Assembly (NCBI GenBank): GCA_947445035.1
Contig: CANFCK010000003.1
Span: 168,218-232,217 of the forward strand
Source: Deltaproteobacteria bacterium
Lineage (GTDB): Bacteria; Myxococcota_A; UBA796; SXON01
Reading direction: 5' to 3'
Length of the DNA stretch: 64,000 bases
Positions 1 to 10,800 of this stretch are shown one piece after another. A program made the translations under genes and the position numbers. The notes below the pieces were generated by a model that did not search any database, was not told the origin of the DNA, and saw only the letters and a list, made by a program, of their open reading frames with translations. How positions within the stretch are numbered: the stretch's first letter is position 1; the number at the start of each line of letters is the position of its first letter.

Positions 1-1050
1 GTGTTCACGTCCTTGCTCCAGGAAGGAACCAGCTGGGTCGTCGGGCTCGACCGCCAGGGCGACTACGTTTGGTGGTGGCAGTCCGACGGGAACATCGAGG
101 TCGACTCCGTGCACGCCGCCGCCGACGGCCAGGGGCTGATCTTCACCCACTTTCGCCAGGTCGAACGCCCCTACGCCGGAGTCGTCAGCGTCCGGTTCGA
201 CGGATCGGCATGGGCGACCACCTGGGCGGCCGACGGCCACCACGACGCGGTGCAACTCCCCGGCGGCGAGATCGCCTACATCGCCGCGCAGCGCGCGGAC
301 GCCGTCCCACTGGAGGACGGAACCACGGCGGACCTCGCCAGTGACCGGCTGCAGGTCGTCGCCCAAGGTGCGACGAGCGCCGACAGTCCTGAAACCGTGT
401 TCAGCTTTCTCGACGACTACGCACACCAACCCTGGCGGGTCTGCTCCCATTTTGACGACGAGACCCCAGGCGGCGGTCTGAACTACACCCACGCCAACTC
501 GGTCATGGTCGATCCCGACCGCGACAGCCTGCTCATTCAATCGAAGAACATCGACGCGCTGATCGCCGTGGACCGCGAGTCGGGAGCCATCCTGTGGCAG
601 GCCGGCGGGCGATACGGCGACGTGACCGACGTGGACGGCGACGTCATCCCCGATGGCGAGGACACATGGATGGTGGAGGGACCGAACCGGACGTGGTGGA
701 GTCACGGACACATGTCCCACTTCTGGGGAGACGGCTTCGCGATGTTCGACAACGGCTACCACCATCCGGATCAGGTGTCGCGCGCGGTGGCCTATGCTCT
801 CGATCAGGACGCGCGGACCCTCGAAAAGGTGTGGGAGTTCCGCTCCGAGACCGACAGCTTCAATCCCCTGCTTGGCGACGTACGCCGGCTCAGCAGCGGC
901 AACTACTTGGTTTCTTGGACGATCCAGGGCATGATCACGGAGGTCACGGCGGACATGCGCGTGGTCTGGCGGGCCTCGGCCTCACTCGGCGCCGCAACCG
1001 GACGCTTGGTCTACGTGACGGACGTCTACGGCCGAACACCCCCCCAATAA
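1..1050 (+). CDS. Arylsulfotransferase (ASST)-like beta-propeller protein, 5' partial
   Basis: Motifs NYTHANS, HGHMSH, MFDNG, GDVRRLSSGNYLVSW typical of ASST-domain proteins; ORF is open at the window edge. Confidence 0.75.
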   Translation: MFTSLLQEGTSWVVGLDRQGDYVWWWQSDGNIEVDSVHAAADGQGLIFTHFRQVERPYAGVVSVRFDGSAWATTWAADGHHDAVQLPGGEIAYIAAQRADAVPLEDGTTADLASDRLQVVAQGATSADSPETVFSFLDDYAHQPWRVCSHFDDETPGGGLNYTHANSVMVDPDRDSLLIQSKNIDALIAVDRESGAILWQAGGRYGDVTDVDGDVIPDGEDTWMVEGPNRTWWSHGHMSHFWGDGFAMFDNGYHHPDQVSRAVAYALDQDARTLEKVWEFRSETDSFNPLLGDVRRLSSGNYLVSWTIQGMITEVTADMRVVWRASASLGAATGRLVYVTDVYGRTPPQ

Positions 1051-1059
1051 CCACCGCCC

Positions 1060-2187
1060 CTACGCCAGATACGTCCACACCCCGACGCTCAGCCCGCCGT
1101 TCTTGAACTGGACCACCCGCTCCACGCGCTCGTCCACCTTCAGCGCCATGCGACGATCGGGGGCGAGGAACACCACGCGCCAGCTGCCGAAGCGCTCCCG
1201 GAGGGAGCGACCGAAGGTGGCGTACACCTCATCGACCGTGACGCCGAGGCGCTCGCCGTACGGAGGGTTGGTCACGATGGTGCCGACCACCGCTGGCGGC
1301 TGGATCTCGGCCACATCGAGCAGACGGAAGGGCACGACCACCCCGGCACGCCGGGCATTCGCCACCGATGTCGCGACCGCCTGCGCTTGGTGGTCGCTCC
1401 CGAAGACCATCTGAACCGCGGTTCCCTTCGGCGGCGGCCGCGTTGGGGCAGCGGAAGGTGGCGGCCGCCCCCCGGAGCGAGGCTTCCCGCCCACCGGCTT
1501 CCCCTTGCCCCACTCGTCGCAAGCGAATCCGCCGCGCCCCTGGAACGGAGGCCTCCCGGCAGCCAGCAGCGCCCCCTCGATCGGGATGGTCCCAGCGCCG
1601 CAAAAGGGGTCATAGAGCGCATCGGTGCCGTCCCATTCGGCGAGGGCGAGCATGCACGCCGCGAGGTTCTCGCGAATGGGCGCGCGGCCGGCCTCGGTGC
1701 GCCAGCCACGTTTGTGAAGCAGGTCCCCGCCCGCGTCCAACGAAACGGTGACCTGGTCCTCCACGATCCGCACCTGCAGCACTTGGACATGACGGGGGCG
1801 CACGCCACGGTCGGGCACGAACGCGCCCTTCCGAGCGTCCCGGATCATCGCAGTGAGCGCGCGCGAGACGGTGTCCTTGAAGCGGAGTGCGCTGGCCCGA
1901 GAGGTGATCTCGATCTTCAGCTCGGCCTGCGGCAGCAGGAACTCCTTCCAGGGCAGGCTGCGGATGAGCACGCCGAGGGCGTCGCTGCTACGAGCGGTGC
2001 CGCTGCCGAGTTCGTAGAGCAGTTGCGACGGCGTTCGCATGGCGCGGGTGAGCATCGCGACGCGGGCGGCATCGGCAGAGAAACGAACACCCCCTGGAAC
2101 GACGTCCCCTTCGATGCCGAAGCCGGCGAGCTCGGCGGCGACGACCTCCTCAAGGCCCGGATGGATGACCGCGAAGCCGTGTCCCAT
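1060..2187 (-). CDS. THUMP-domain class I SAM-dependent RNA methyltransferase (RlmL/YpsC-like)
   Basis: LHKRGWR, APIRENLAA, DPFCGAGTIPIE, IVTNPPYGERL motifs; ATG at 2187 overlaps the upstream stop (TGATG). Confidence 0.85.
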   Translation of the reverse strand: MGHGFAVIHPGLEEVVAAELAGFGIEGDVVPGGVRFSADAARVAMLTRAMRTPSQLLYELGSGTARSSDALGVLIRSLPWKEFLLPQAELKIEITSRASALRFKDTVSRALTAMIRDARKGAFVPDRGVRPRHVQVLQVRIVEDQVTVSLDAGGDLLHKRGWRTEAGRAPIRENLAACMLALAEWDGTDALYDPFCGAGTIPIEGALLAAGRPPFQGRGGFACDEWGKGKPVGGKPRSGGRPPPSAAPTRPPPKGTAVQMVFGSDHQAQAVATSVANARRAGVVVPFRLLDVAEIQPPAVVGTIVTNPPYGERLGVTVDEVYATFGRSLRERFGSWRVVFLAPDRRMALKVDERVERVVQFKNGGLSVGVWTYLA

Positions 2188-2885
2188 CAGGGCAGGAGCC
2201 ATCCGGCACAACCCGGGCAGGTGTGAACCGCGCGAGCCAGGGTGGTCTCAACGATTCGTTGTCCGGGAATCCGGGTCTGGCAGGTCTGGCACATCTGCTC
2301 GTGCGTGTTGACCAGCGCCGGCCGTTTCCGCTGGCGCTGGTACGCGTAAGCCGACTGGTACTCGGCGGGAACGTCATCGGCGGCGTCAGGGCGGCTTTCC
2401 AGAAGCTCGGTCAGCTCCGCCCGAACGGGACGATCGCGGGTGGCAAGCGCCGTGCGTGCTACGACAAGCGCACGCTTTCCGGACTCGAGTTCCCGTTGTG
2501 CGCTGGCGCGGGCCTCCTCGAGGGCCTCGACCGCCTCCATCAACTCCAACGCGCCGGTTTCCAGCCGATCCACGATCTCCAGAACCTGGGCCAGCTGCTT
2601 TACCGCTGCGGCGTAGTCCGGCGCGGTACCAGTATCGATCATCTTGCCGGTCCGGTCCCGCTTGTCCACGTAATCGGCCAGTTCCCGGTCGTTCTTCCGC
2701 GTTCGCTGGGTCGCGTCGTCGCGCTGTACCGCAATCGCCGAAAGCTGCGCCTCGACCCCCTTCACGGCGGCGTCGGCGGCGCGCACGGCGTTGGCGAGGG
2801 CCTCGTGCTCGGCACGGAGGAGGTCGCACTGGTGATCGATCTGCCAAAGATTCGAGATGAGGACGAGATCAGGATGCAATTCCAC
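2187..2885 (-). CDS. Coiled-coil protein with C4-type zinc ribbon (DUF164/CT398-like)
   Basis: Long coiled coil followed by CQTC...CPGC; usual position downstream of rpoD-tRNA. Confidence 0.85.
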   Translation of the reverse strand: MELHPDLVLISNLWQIDHQCDLLRAEHEALANAVRAADAAVKGVEAQLSAIAVQRDDATQRTRKNDRELADYVDKRDRTGKMIDTGTAPDYAAAVKQLAQVLEIVDRLETGALELMEAVEALEEARASAQRELESGKRALVVARTALATRDRPVRAELTELLESRPDAADDVPAEYQSAYAYQRQRKRPALVNTHEQMCQTCQTRIPGQRIVETTLARAVHTCPGCAGWLLP

Positions 2886-2894
2886 TCCGAAGGG

Positions 2895-2967
2895 TAGGCC
2901 CGGCTGGGGTTGAACCAGCGACCGGGTGGATATAAGCCACCTGCTCTGACCACTGAGCTACGGGCCC
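2895..2967 (-). tRNA. tRNA-Ile, anticodon UAU (Ile2-type body); CCA not encoded
   Basis: Reverse complement folds as a cloverleaf: GGGCCCG/CGGGCCT acceptor stem, GCTC/GAGC D-arm, GGTGG-CTTATAT-CCACC anticodon arm, GCTGG-TTCAACC-CCAGC T-arm, discriminator A73. Confidence 0.95.
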
Positions 2968-2972
2968 GGTTT

Positions 2973-4697
2973 TCAGCCGTCCATGAATGCGCGGAGGCGC
3001 TTACTGCGGCTGTGATGCCGCAACTTCCGCAGCGCCTTCGCCTCTATCTGGCGGATGCGTTCGCGGGTGACGTCGAAGTCCTGGCCGACCTCTTCGAGCG
3101 TGTGGTCCGAGCGTTCCCCGATGCCGAAGCGCATCCGGAGCACCCGTTCTTCCCGCGGCGTCAGCGTGGCGAGCACTTTTCGCGCTTGTTCCACCAGCGC
3201 GCTGTTGGTGACGTTCTCCCCCGGGGAGGGCACCAACTTATCCTCGATGAAATCGCCGAGATGGGAGTCCTCCTCCTCACCGATCGGGGTTTCCAGAGAA
3301 ATGGGCTCTTTGGCGATCTTGAGTATCTTCCGGACCTTGTCGGCCGGCATGTCCATCTTTTCGGCCACTTCTTCGGGTGTGGGCTCGCGTTCGAGCTCCT
3401 GGACCAGGTACCGCTGGGTCCGGATGAGCTTGTTGATCGTCTCGATCATGTGCACGGGGATGCGGATCGTCCGCGCCTGGTCTGCGATGGCACGCGTGAT
3501 CGCTTGGCGAATCCACCACGTGGCATACGTCGAGAACTTGTAGCCGCGCTGGTATTCGAACTTCTCGACCGCCTTCATCAGCCCGATGTTGCCCTCCTGG
3601 ATGAGGTCCAAGAACTGCAGGCCGCGGTTGGTGTACTTCTTGGCGATGCTGACCACGAGGCGAAGGTTGGCCTCGATCAGCTCGTTCTTGGCCACCTCGG
3701 CCAGGTGTTCGCCACGCTTGAGCCGCTGGGCGATGACCCGCAGCTCGTCGGCATCGACGAGCAGGTCTTCTTCGATCTTGCGGATCTTGCGCAGCTCTCG
3801 GCGCACACGACTGTCGAACTCCGCCCACTGCGCCTCGGTAATACCGCTATTCTCGACCAGTTCGCTTCCGCCGCGTTCGGGGGCGCGGCGCACACGACGG
3901 ATGCTTCGCCGAAGTTCGCGGACGGGGGTATTCGCCTCCCGCGCCACAACCTCAATCTCCTTTTCGCAGGCCGCGACGCTGGCCCAGGCCGCGTGGATCT
4001 CCTTGGCCAGATCGTTGAGCACCACGCGCTCGAGCTCCAACCCGTCCATGATCTCGAGAATCTGGAACTCAATCGCGGTGACTTGCGCGGCAGGGGGCAG
4101 CGCAACCGGCTCTGCGCGCGGACGATCGTTTTCTTTGAGGAGCGCCCGTCGGCGCTCCTGAAGCTCCCGCAGTTCGTTGACTACCACATCCAGGGTGCGC
4201 CCAGATTTGGTCTTGACCCGCCGCAGCTTCTTCCCGGCGCGGGTGGCCTTTTCGATGCGCTCGTCCTCGTCGGCGAGCAGCCCAACCGCGATGCGGACAC
4301 CCAAAGGCGAGCCGATCGTATTTTTGCGGATGGCCAGCTCTCCTTCCTCGATGCGCTGCGCGATCTCAATCTCACCATCGCGAGACAACAGCGCTACAGA
4401 ACCCATCTTCCGCAGATACATCCTTACTGGATCGTTGCTACGCCCCGATGGGCTGGTCTCGTTGACCTTCCGTTCTTCAGGTTGGACGCCGCGGCGTTCT
4501 TGCTCCGCACGCCGCTTGGCTTGGTGCACGACCTCAATGTCGAGGTCTGAGAACATGATGTTGATCTCATCGAGGTTCTCATTGGAGATCAGGTGCACGG
4601 GCAAGAGCGTGTTCACCTCGTCCTGGGCAACGAATCCGCGTTCCTTACCCATGGCGATGAGCGCCTGAACCTCCCGCATCTCTTTGTCTTTGAGCAT
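2973..4697 (-). CDS. rpoD: RNA polymerase primary sigma factor RpoD
   Basis: [71 protein letters not shown]; TGATG overlap with dnaG. Confidence 0.98.
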   Translation of the reverse strand: MLKDKEMREVQALIAMGKERGFVAQDEVNTLLPVHLISNENLDEINIMFSDLDIEVVHQAKRRAEQERRGVQPEERKVNETSPSGRSNDPVRMYLRKMGSVALLSRDGEIEIAQRIEEGELAIRKNTIGSPLGVRIAVGLLADEDERIEKATRAGKKLRRVKTKSGRTLDVVVNELRELQERRRALLKENDRPRAEPVALPPAAQVTAIEFQILEIMDGLELERVVLNDLAKEIHAAWASVAACEKEIEVVAREANTPVRELRRSIRRVRRAPERGGSELVENSGITEAQWAEFDSRVRRELRKIRKIEEDLLVDADELRVIAQRLKRGEHLAEVAKNELIEANLRLVVSIAKKYTNRGLQFLDLIQEGNIGLMKAVEKFEYQRGYKFSTYATWWIRQAITRAIADQARTIRIPVHMIETINKLIRTQRYLVQELEREPTPEEVAEKMDMPADKVRKILKIAKEPISLETPIGEEEDSHLGDFIEDKLVPSPGENVTNSALVEQARKVLATLTPREERVLRMRFGIGERSDHTLEEVGQDFDVTRERIRQIEAKALRKLRHHSRSKRLRAFMDG

Positions 4698-6487
4698 CAA
4701 TCCACGACTCCCGCCCTGCGGTTGACCGACTGTTTCAGCCCTGCTTGCTGCGCATACAACACGGATAGCTCACGTACCAATGATCCATAACTTGACTTGT
4801 CGCCAGTTGTCTCGCAACGGTGAATCTCGCGGTTGATCGTGAGTATCCGCGCGTCTACCGACCGCAGCTGTAGTCGCGCGAGGATGGAGCGAGCCGCCGG
4901 AAGTGATGCTTCTAACTTGTAAAGATCTGGGTTTGCCGCCGCAGCCGCCAGGACGCGCGCCAGATCGGGCGCGTCGACTTCCGCCCAGGCGAGGACATCC
5001 GCGAGGGGATGGAGACTCAACAATCGAGCGATTGCGCCCAAAACGTCCGAACGCTCGGAAACCACGCTGGGATCCACCTCCGCGAGGGCGGGGGCAACGC
5101 GATCTGGGTATTGCACCACCAGCCAAAGCAGATGGGCCAGGTCCTTGTCCGGAGCCCAACGGCTCGGCGTGAGCGTTTGAACACTGCTTTCCGGTGGACG
5201 CCCCACTTCTCGAATCAGCTCTTCCTCAGCGATCCCCAGCCACCCGGCCGCACGCCGAATGGTCACGTCGCGAACGGTGCCGACGAGCTTCCGCAGGGTA
5301 GGCGCCAACGCCGCGACAGCACGCCCCCTGCCCTCCGAGCTGCTGCCATGTTTGTCGAGAGTGCGGCGAATGACCAACTCAAGCAGCGGCTCCGTGCGCT
5401 CCAACCGCTCCTCGAAGGCCGGGGCGCCGAACTTCTGCACGAACTCGTCGGGGTCCTTGGCGCCGGGGAGGTCCAGACGTCGGGCCTCGATGCCTGCGGC
5501 GAGAAAGAGGTCGAGCGCACGAACCGCGGCATTGATCCCCGCCTCATCGGTGTCAAAGAGCGCCACGACACGCGTGGTCAGGCGGCGCACGATCTCCAGG
5601 TGCTCCACGGTCAACGACGTACCGCAGGGCGCGACGGCTTCCTCGAACCCGGCCTGCCACAGCGACACCGCGTCGAAGTAGCCCTCGACCACCAGCAGTC
5701 GGTCCTTCCGCTGCACCGCGCTCCTCGCATACGACAAGCCGTAGAGTACCCGCGACTTTTCGTAGATTTCCGTTCCCGGCGAGTTGAGGTACTTGGGAGA
5801 GTCCTTCGGCGCGCCCGGTAAAACTCGGCCGCCAAATGCGATGGGCCGCCCTCGCTCGTCATGAATCGGAAAGAGCAGGCGCCCTCGGAAGACGTCGTAG
5901 GTCGTGCCACGAGCCTCGTGCTTCTTCACCAGCCCGCAGCGCAGCAACAATTCGCTGTCGAAACCCTCCCGCGTCAGGTGTGTTTCCAGGTTGTTCCATC
6001 CTTCTGGGGCGAAGCCAAGTCGGTACTTCTTGGCGGTGTCGAGGCTGATGCCCCGATCCGCCAAATAGGCCCTTCCCGGCGCTCCGTCCTTGCCCACCAG
6101 CAGCGTCGCCTCGTACCAGCGACAAGCGGCCTCGGCGGTCTCGTGGAGGTCCTTCCGCCTGGAAATCCTGGCCTCTTCCTGCGCACTCAGTGCCCGTTCC
6201 TCGATGGTCACCCCAACCTGGGCGGCGAGCTCCTTGACCGCGTCCATGAAGCCTACCCCCCGCGTCTTCTGCAAGAACGTGAACACGTCCCCGCCCGCCC
6301 CGCAGCCGAAGCAATGGTAGATCTGTTTGGAGGGGACGACGTTGAAGCTGCCGGTCTTCTCGTTGTGGAAGGGGCATAATCCGACGTGGCTGGTCCCGCG
6401 ACGCCGCAGGGTCACCGTCTGCCCGATGACCTGCACGATGTCGGTGCGCGCCCGCACTTCGTCGACCACATGCCTCGGAATCGACAT
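4697..6487 (-). CDS. dnaG: DNA primase
   Basis: CPFHNEKT...CFGC zinc-binding domain, FGGR, KYLNSP, VVEGYFD, FDTDEAG, KDPDE. Confidence 0.98.
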   Translation of the reverse strand: MSIPRHVVDEVRARTDIVQVIGQTVTLRRRGTSHVGLCPFHNEKTGSFNVVPSKQIYHCFGCGAGGDVFTFLQKTRGVGFMDAVKELAAQVGVTIEERALSAQEEARISRRKDLHETAEAACRWYEATLLVGKDGAPGRAYLADRGISLDTAKKYRLGFAPEGWNNLETHLTREGFDSELLLRCGLVKKHEARGTTYDVFRGRLLFPIHDERGRPIAFGGRVLPGAPKDSPKYLNSPGTEIYEKSRVLYGLSYARSAVQRKDRLLVVEGYFDAVSLWQAGFEEAVAPCGTSLTVEHLEIVRRLTTRVVALFDTDEAGINAAVRALDLFLAAGIEARRLDLPGAKDPDEFVQKFGAPAFEERLERTEPLLELVIRRTLDKHGSSSEGRGRAVAALAPTLRKLVGTVRDVTIRRAAGWLGIAEEELIREVGRPPESSVQTLTPSRWAPDKDLAHLLWLVVQYPDRVAPALAEVDPSVVSERSDVLGAIARLLSLHPLADVLAWAEVDAPDLARVLAAAAANPDLYKLEASLPAARSILARLQLRSVDARILTINREIHRCETTGDKSSYGSLVRELSVLYAQQAGLKQSVNRRAGVVD

Positions 6488-6517
6488 CGGCCCCTCGGCG
6501 GCTCCCTAACTCCTCCG

Positions 6518-7810
6518 CTACGCGACCGCGGCCGGCGCGGCGAAGCGCGGACGCCCCTCCTGACCGCGTTCGACCCGGGCGCCCACCGCCGAAAGTTTCT
6601 CGACCAAGCGCTCGTAGCCCCGATCCAGGTGGTACAGCCGGAGGATCTCCGTGCGCCCCTCGGCGGCGAGGCCCGCGAGGACCAAGGAGGCTGAGGCCCG
6701 CAGGTCGGTCGCCATCACCGTCGCCCCCGAAAGGGTGGGCTGACCGGTGATCGTCGCCGTTCGCCCCTCAATTTGAATCTGTGCGCCGAGCCGGACCAGC
6801 TCGGCCGCGTGCATGAACCGGTTTTCGAAGATGGTCTCGGTGACGCGACTGGTGCCCTTGGCGAGCGACAAAAGCGCCATCAACTGGGCCTGCATGTCCG
6901 TCGGGAAACCGGGGTGTGGCGCTGTCTCAATGTCGACGGCGCGGACGCGGCCGTCGGCCCCAGCGCTGACCCAATCCGGACCCACTTCCACCGCGGCGCC
7001 CGCTGCCCGCAAGACGTCGATCACCGGGGCCAGATCGGCCGGACGCACGTCTTCGCAGCGCACCTTCCCGCGCGAGATGACACCGGCCACGAGGTAGGTG
7101 CCCGCCTCGATCCGATCGGGGAGCACCGCGTGCGCCACCGCTGACGCCCGCAGCGATGAGACGCCGTGCACGACGATCCGCGAGGTGCCCGCGCCTTCGA
7201 TGCGCGCCCCACACCCGACCAGGAAGCGAGCGAGGTCCTCCACTTCGGGCTCTGCCGCGGCGTTGTCGAGCACGGTCGTGCCCTCGGCGAGCACCGCCGC
7301 CATGAGCACGTTTTCAGTGCCGGTGACGGTTACGACGTCGAAGGCGAATTCCGCCCCGCGCAGACGATCGACGCGCCCGTGGACGTAGCCCCCATCGAGC
7401 TCGAAGCGACAACCGAGCGCCTCCAGCCCCTTGAGGTGCTGATCGATCGGACGGCTGCCGATGGCGCACCCCCCTGGCAACGAGACGTGGGCCTCGCCGC
7501 AGCGGGCCAAGAGCGGACCGAGCGCCAAAACGCTGGCGCGCATCTTCCGGACCAGGTCATACGGCGCCTCGCAGAACGCGACCCGCGAGGTGTCGACACG
7601 CACGGTCTCGCCGAGGAGAGACGGGCAGCCGATGCGGCCCAGCAGTGAGAGCATCGAGGAGGTGTCGACCAACTCGGGCACGTTTCGCAGCCGGTGTTCA
7701 CCCGGCGCAACCACGGTTGCGATGAGGATCGGGAGCGAGGCGTTTTTAGCGCCAGAGATGCGCACGGCGCCCGCGAGGGGGCGGCCGCCGTCAAGTAGCA
7801 GGGTGTCCAT
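6518..7810 (-). CDS. murA: UDP-N-acetylglucosamine 1-carboxyvinyltransferase
   Basis: ISGAKNASLP, LPGGCAIGSRP, PGFPTDMQAQ, ETIFENRF, ATDLRA; start trimmed to MDTLLLDGG. Confidence 0.97.
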   Translation of the reverse strand: MDTLLLDGGRPLAGAVRISGAKNASLPILIATVVAPGEHRLRNVPELVDTSSMLSLLGRIGCPSLLGETVRVDTSRVAFCEAPYDLVRKMRASVLALGPLLARCGEAHVSLPGGCAIGSRPIDQHLKGLEALGCRFELDGGYVHGRVDRLRGAEFAFDVVTVTGTENVLMAAVLAEGTTVLDNAAAEPEVEDLARFLVGCGARIEGAGTSRIVVHGVSSLRASAVAHAVLPDRIEAGTYLVAGVISRGKVRCEDVRPADLAPVIDVLRAAGAAVEVGPDWVSAGADGRVRAVDIETAPHPGFPTDMQAQLMALLSLAKGTSRVTETIFENRFMHAAELVRLGAQIQIEGRTATITGQPTLSGATVMATDLRASASLVLAGLAAEGRTEILRLYHLDRGYERLVEKLSAVGARVERGQEGRPRFAAPAAVA

Positions 7811-7825
7811 GGTGGGTCCGAAGGC

Positions 7826-7885
7826 GGGGGGCCGGGGGGGGGGGGCGGGACGCGAGTATACGCGCCACCGCGGACTGTAAAGCAA
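7826..7885 (-). promoter_or_regulatory. Putative sigma70 promoter of the murA-dnaG-rpoD unit, with a poly-C (G12 on + strand) tract in the 5' UTR
   Basis: TATACT on the minus strand at 7855-7860; TTTACA/TTGCTT 15-19 nt upstream (spacing not ideal); G run at 7834-7845. Confidence 0.45.
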
Positions 7886-7899
7886 CCGTCTTCGCCCAG

Positions 7900-10800
7900 A
7901 TGAAAAAGCAAGCGCCGTGCCAGCCTGAAAGCGATAAATCGGGGACCGTGCCCGTACTCGCCTTCAGGCCTCGGTACCGGGGGGCCGACCTCCGCGTCGT
8001 CGATCTCTCGACTGTAAGCCTCAAGGGCCAGGATCTGGCCGGGTGCGATCTGCGCGGCGTAGACTTGAGCCGTCGCGATCTCTCCGGCGCCGACCTCAGC
8101 GACGCCCGGCTCGACGGCGCGACGCTCGTCGACGCCGAGTTCCGGGACACCGTTCTCAACGGAACGAACCTGACCGATGCGGACGCCCGCGGAGCGCGCT
8201 TCGACCGAAGCCGCGGCGCGGACCTGATCGCGACGGCGCTCGACGCCCGCGGGGCCTCCTTTCGTGGCGTCGAGTGGCCGCGATGCCGGCTGTCCTCGGC
8301 TCGGCTCGGCGGCGCTCGTTTCGGTGGGGCGAGACTTGACGGCAGCGACCTCGAGGGCGCGTCGCTCGTGGGCAGCGAACTTCGGCGGGCGGTCCTCGAC
8401 GACGCCGCACTCGAAGGCGCAGACCTGAGCCAGATCGCCGGGCTTGGCCTCGCCCTGGCAGGGGCCCACGGGCGCTTTCGACTTGTCGGCGCCGATCTGC
8501 GGGGGAGTGACCTGCGGGGCATCGCCCTCTTGGAGTTCGAGCTCGATGACGCCCGACTCGACGGGGCGACGGTAGACCGACAGCTCTCCCGACAATCTCC
8601 GGGGCGGCTCCGCGCCCTGGGTTGGTCACCGCCGATGCTCGGCCGCGCGCTTTCCCCCCTCCGCGAGGGCGGTCGATTCCCAACGCACGTCGCGGCGTGG
8701 CTCGACGGTTGGCGAGCGGCACGTCCGAGCGAAGCGGACGCCCGCCCCGACGACGAAGAAGCCCGCGAGCCGGACGACGACGTCATCGAAGACGCCTTCG
8801 CTGGGGACACCTTCCGTCGTGAGCGAGAGATCGCCCGACGGGCCTGGGCTCGCGAAGCGTCGGCGCGTTCGCGCGCGGCGGTCCTGCGCCCCCCCGACCG
8901 CGTCGTGCCCAGGCTGCCAATCCCCGCCGCGCCCGTGCCCGCTGCCACGCAGCGTCTGGGCACCCCGACGCTTGCCCCCAGCGAGTTCCTCGACGCCTTC
9001 CGAGACGGGGCTGCGGCGCGCGATGCAGTCGTCGCTGACGCTGCGCTCACGCGTGAGCTCCGGGCCCGAGCGGACGTCCGCCGGCGAGCGGCAGCGGCCA
9101 TTCGGGAGACGGCGAACGCTGCCCTCCGCCGGGAAAGTGAGCGGCTCCGGGCCGCCGAGGAGGCCGCGGCTCTGGCGTGGCACCAACGGCAAGAGGCGCT
9201 GCGACTCGCGGAGGCGGAGGCCCTCCAAACGGCGGCCGCTCGCGGCGCGGCCGAGGCCGATCGCGCCGCCTTGGCGCGATCGTCGCAGGTGGCGGCATCG
9301 CGTGCCGCCGAGGTGAAGGGTGCCGCGGCATCGCGTGCCGCCGAGGTGGAGCGGGATTTTGGCGACAGCGCGGGCGCAAGGGACGCGGAGCCTCCCGCCC
9401 CGGTCGTGGCCCCGGCGCCGCAGGCGATCGATCCGCCGCCGGCTCAGGAGCGCCGCGCGCGCGCCATCGCCCAGCTCATCCGCTCCGCGTCTGATCAAAC
9501 GCAGGGACGGCGCAAGCTCCTCTACCAGCTAGATGCGGCAGAGGCCCAGGAGCGCGCGCGCCGAGACGAGCAGGACCTCGCGGCGGCAAGCCCAGGCCTC
9601 TCGCCCACCCGCAGGAGTGCCGTCGGCCCGGGGGCCGTGCTCGCCGCGGCGAGACGCGTGCTCAGCGCCGCTGGTCGACAGGTAGGCAACTTCGTAGAGC
9701 AGGCAGCGGGCGCTAGCATGCGCGTCGGCCGGGGCGCGCCGACGGCAGCCGCCGACTTCGCCGGCGCCGCGACCCGCACGCTGGCTGAATTCAGGCGCCT
9801 TTTCGACACCCTGGCGGCGCCCGTCGTTCCCGCCGAACCCGGAGGGACGACCGAGGACGAACGCATTCTCAGGATCCTGCGCGGGACCGAGGACGAACGC
9901 ATTCTCAGGATCCTGCGCGGGGGGGAGTCGGCCTCCGCCGCGCCGACGGGGCCCGCTTGGGGCACCGAGAGCCGCGCGCGGCTTCGCGCGTTGGCCCGCC
10001 GCGCGCAGGGGCGCGCGCGCAACGCCTCGTTCCCAGGCAGGGTCTATTTCGGGACGATCGCAGGGCTCTCGGCCATCGCCGGGCGCATCGCCCAGCTCCC
10101 CACCTGGACGTGGTCGACGGCGGCACGCGCCGGGAACGCCGCGCTCGCCCTCACGGTGACGGTCGCGACAGGCGCCATCGCGCTAGCCATCGCTGTGGGC
10201 CACGGCGTGCGGATCGGGGCGCCGAGGCTCGCCGCAGCGTCCGATGTCTGGCTTTGGACCCCGCTGAACCACGCCATTCGGCGGGCGGCGCCGGCTCTCC
10301 GTGACGTCCTTGACCGGGCGGAGGTGGGCGAGGCGGAGCCGGAGCCAACGGGCGAGCCCGACACCGTCGCGCAAAAGCGCCGCGTGGAGTCGCAACGCCG
10401 TCGCGCGGCAGAGATGGCCCGACTCGACGAGCTCCGGACGACAACGGCGCAGCGCGCTGACGAGCTGATTCGTACCGCGAGAGCGGTGGCGCTGGCCGCC
10501 CGTGCAGGGCTGGGTCCCGCCGTGGACGCCGCGCTGGAGCCCCTCGCCCTGATCGTGGCACCGATGGTGAGCCGGTTCCAGAGCCTTCGCTCTCTCACCA
10601 CCGGCGAAAACCTTCGGAGCGCGTCCCTGTGGCTCTGGGGAGCGGACGAGGACGCACGGGTGCTGCGGGCGACCGTAGAGGACGGCCTGGAGTTCGCGAG
10701 ACGGTCGGAAGAGCGCACCCGGACCCACAGCTACTTGGGCGGCGCGCGCTACGTGGGCGTCTTGGGCGCCGTGCGGGCGTCGGCGAGAGAACGTGAGGCC

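Noticed and set aside
2910-4550. 546-aa plus-strand ORF antisense to rpoD, and similar long shadow ORFs (15188-16447, 22421-23824, 32024-33547, 37959-39356, 54282-55901, 55985-57709)
   Set aside because: Typical stop-poor antisense frames of high-GC genes; no recognisable motifs, and the opposite strand carries a clear gene
9850-9921. 36-bp direct repeat as a CRISPR repeat
   Set aside because: Only two copies, no spacer between them, in frame inside a CDS, and no cas genes in the window
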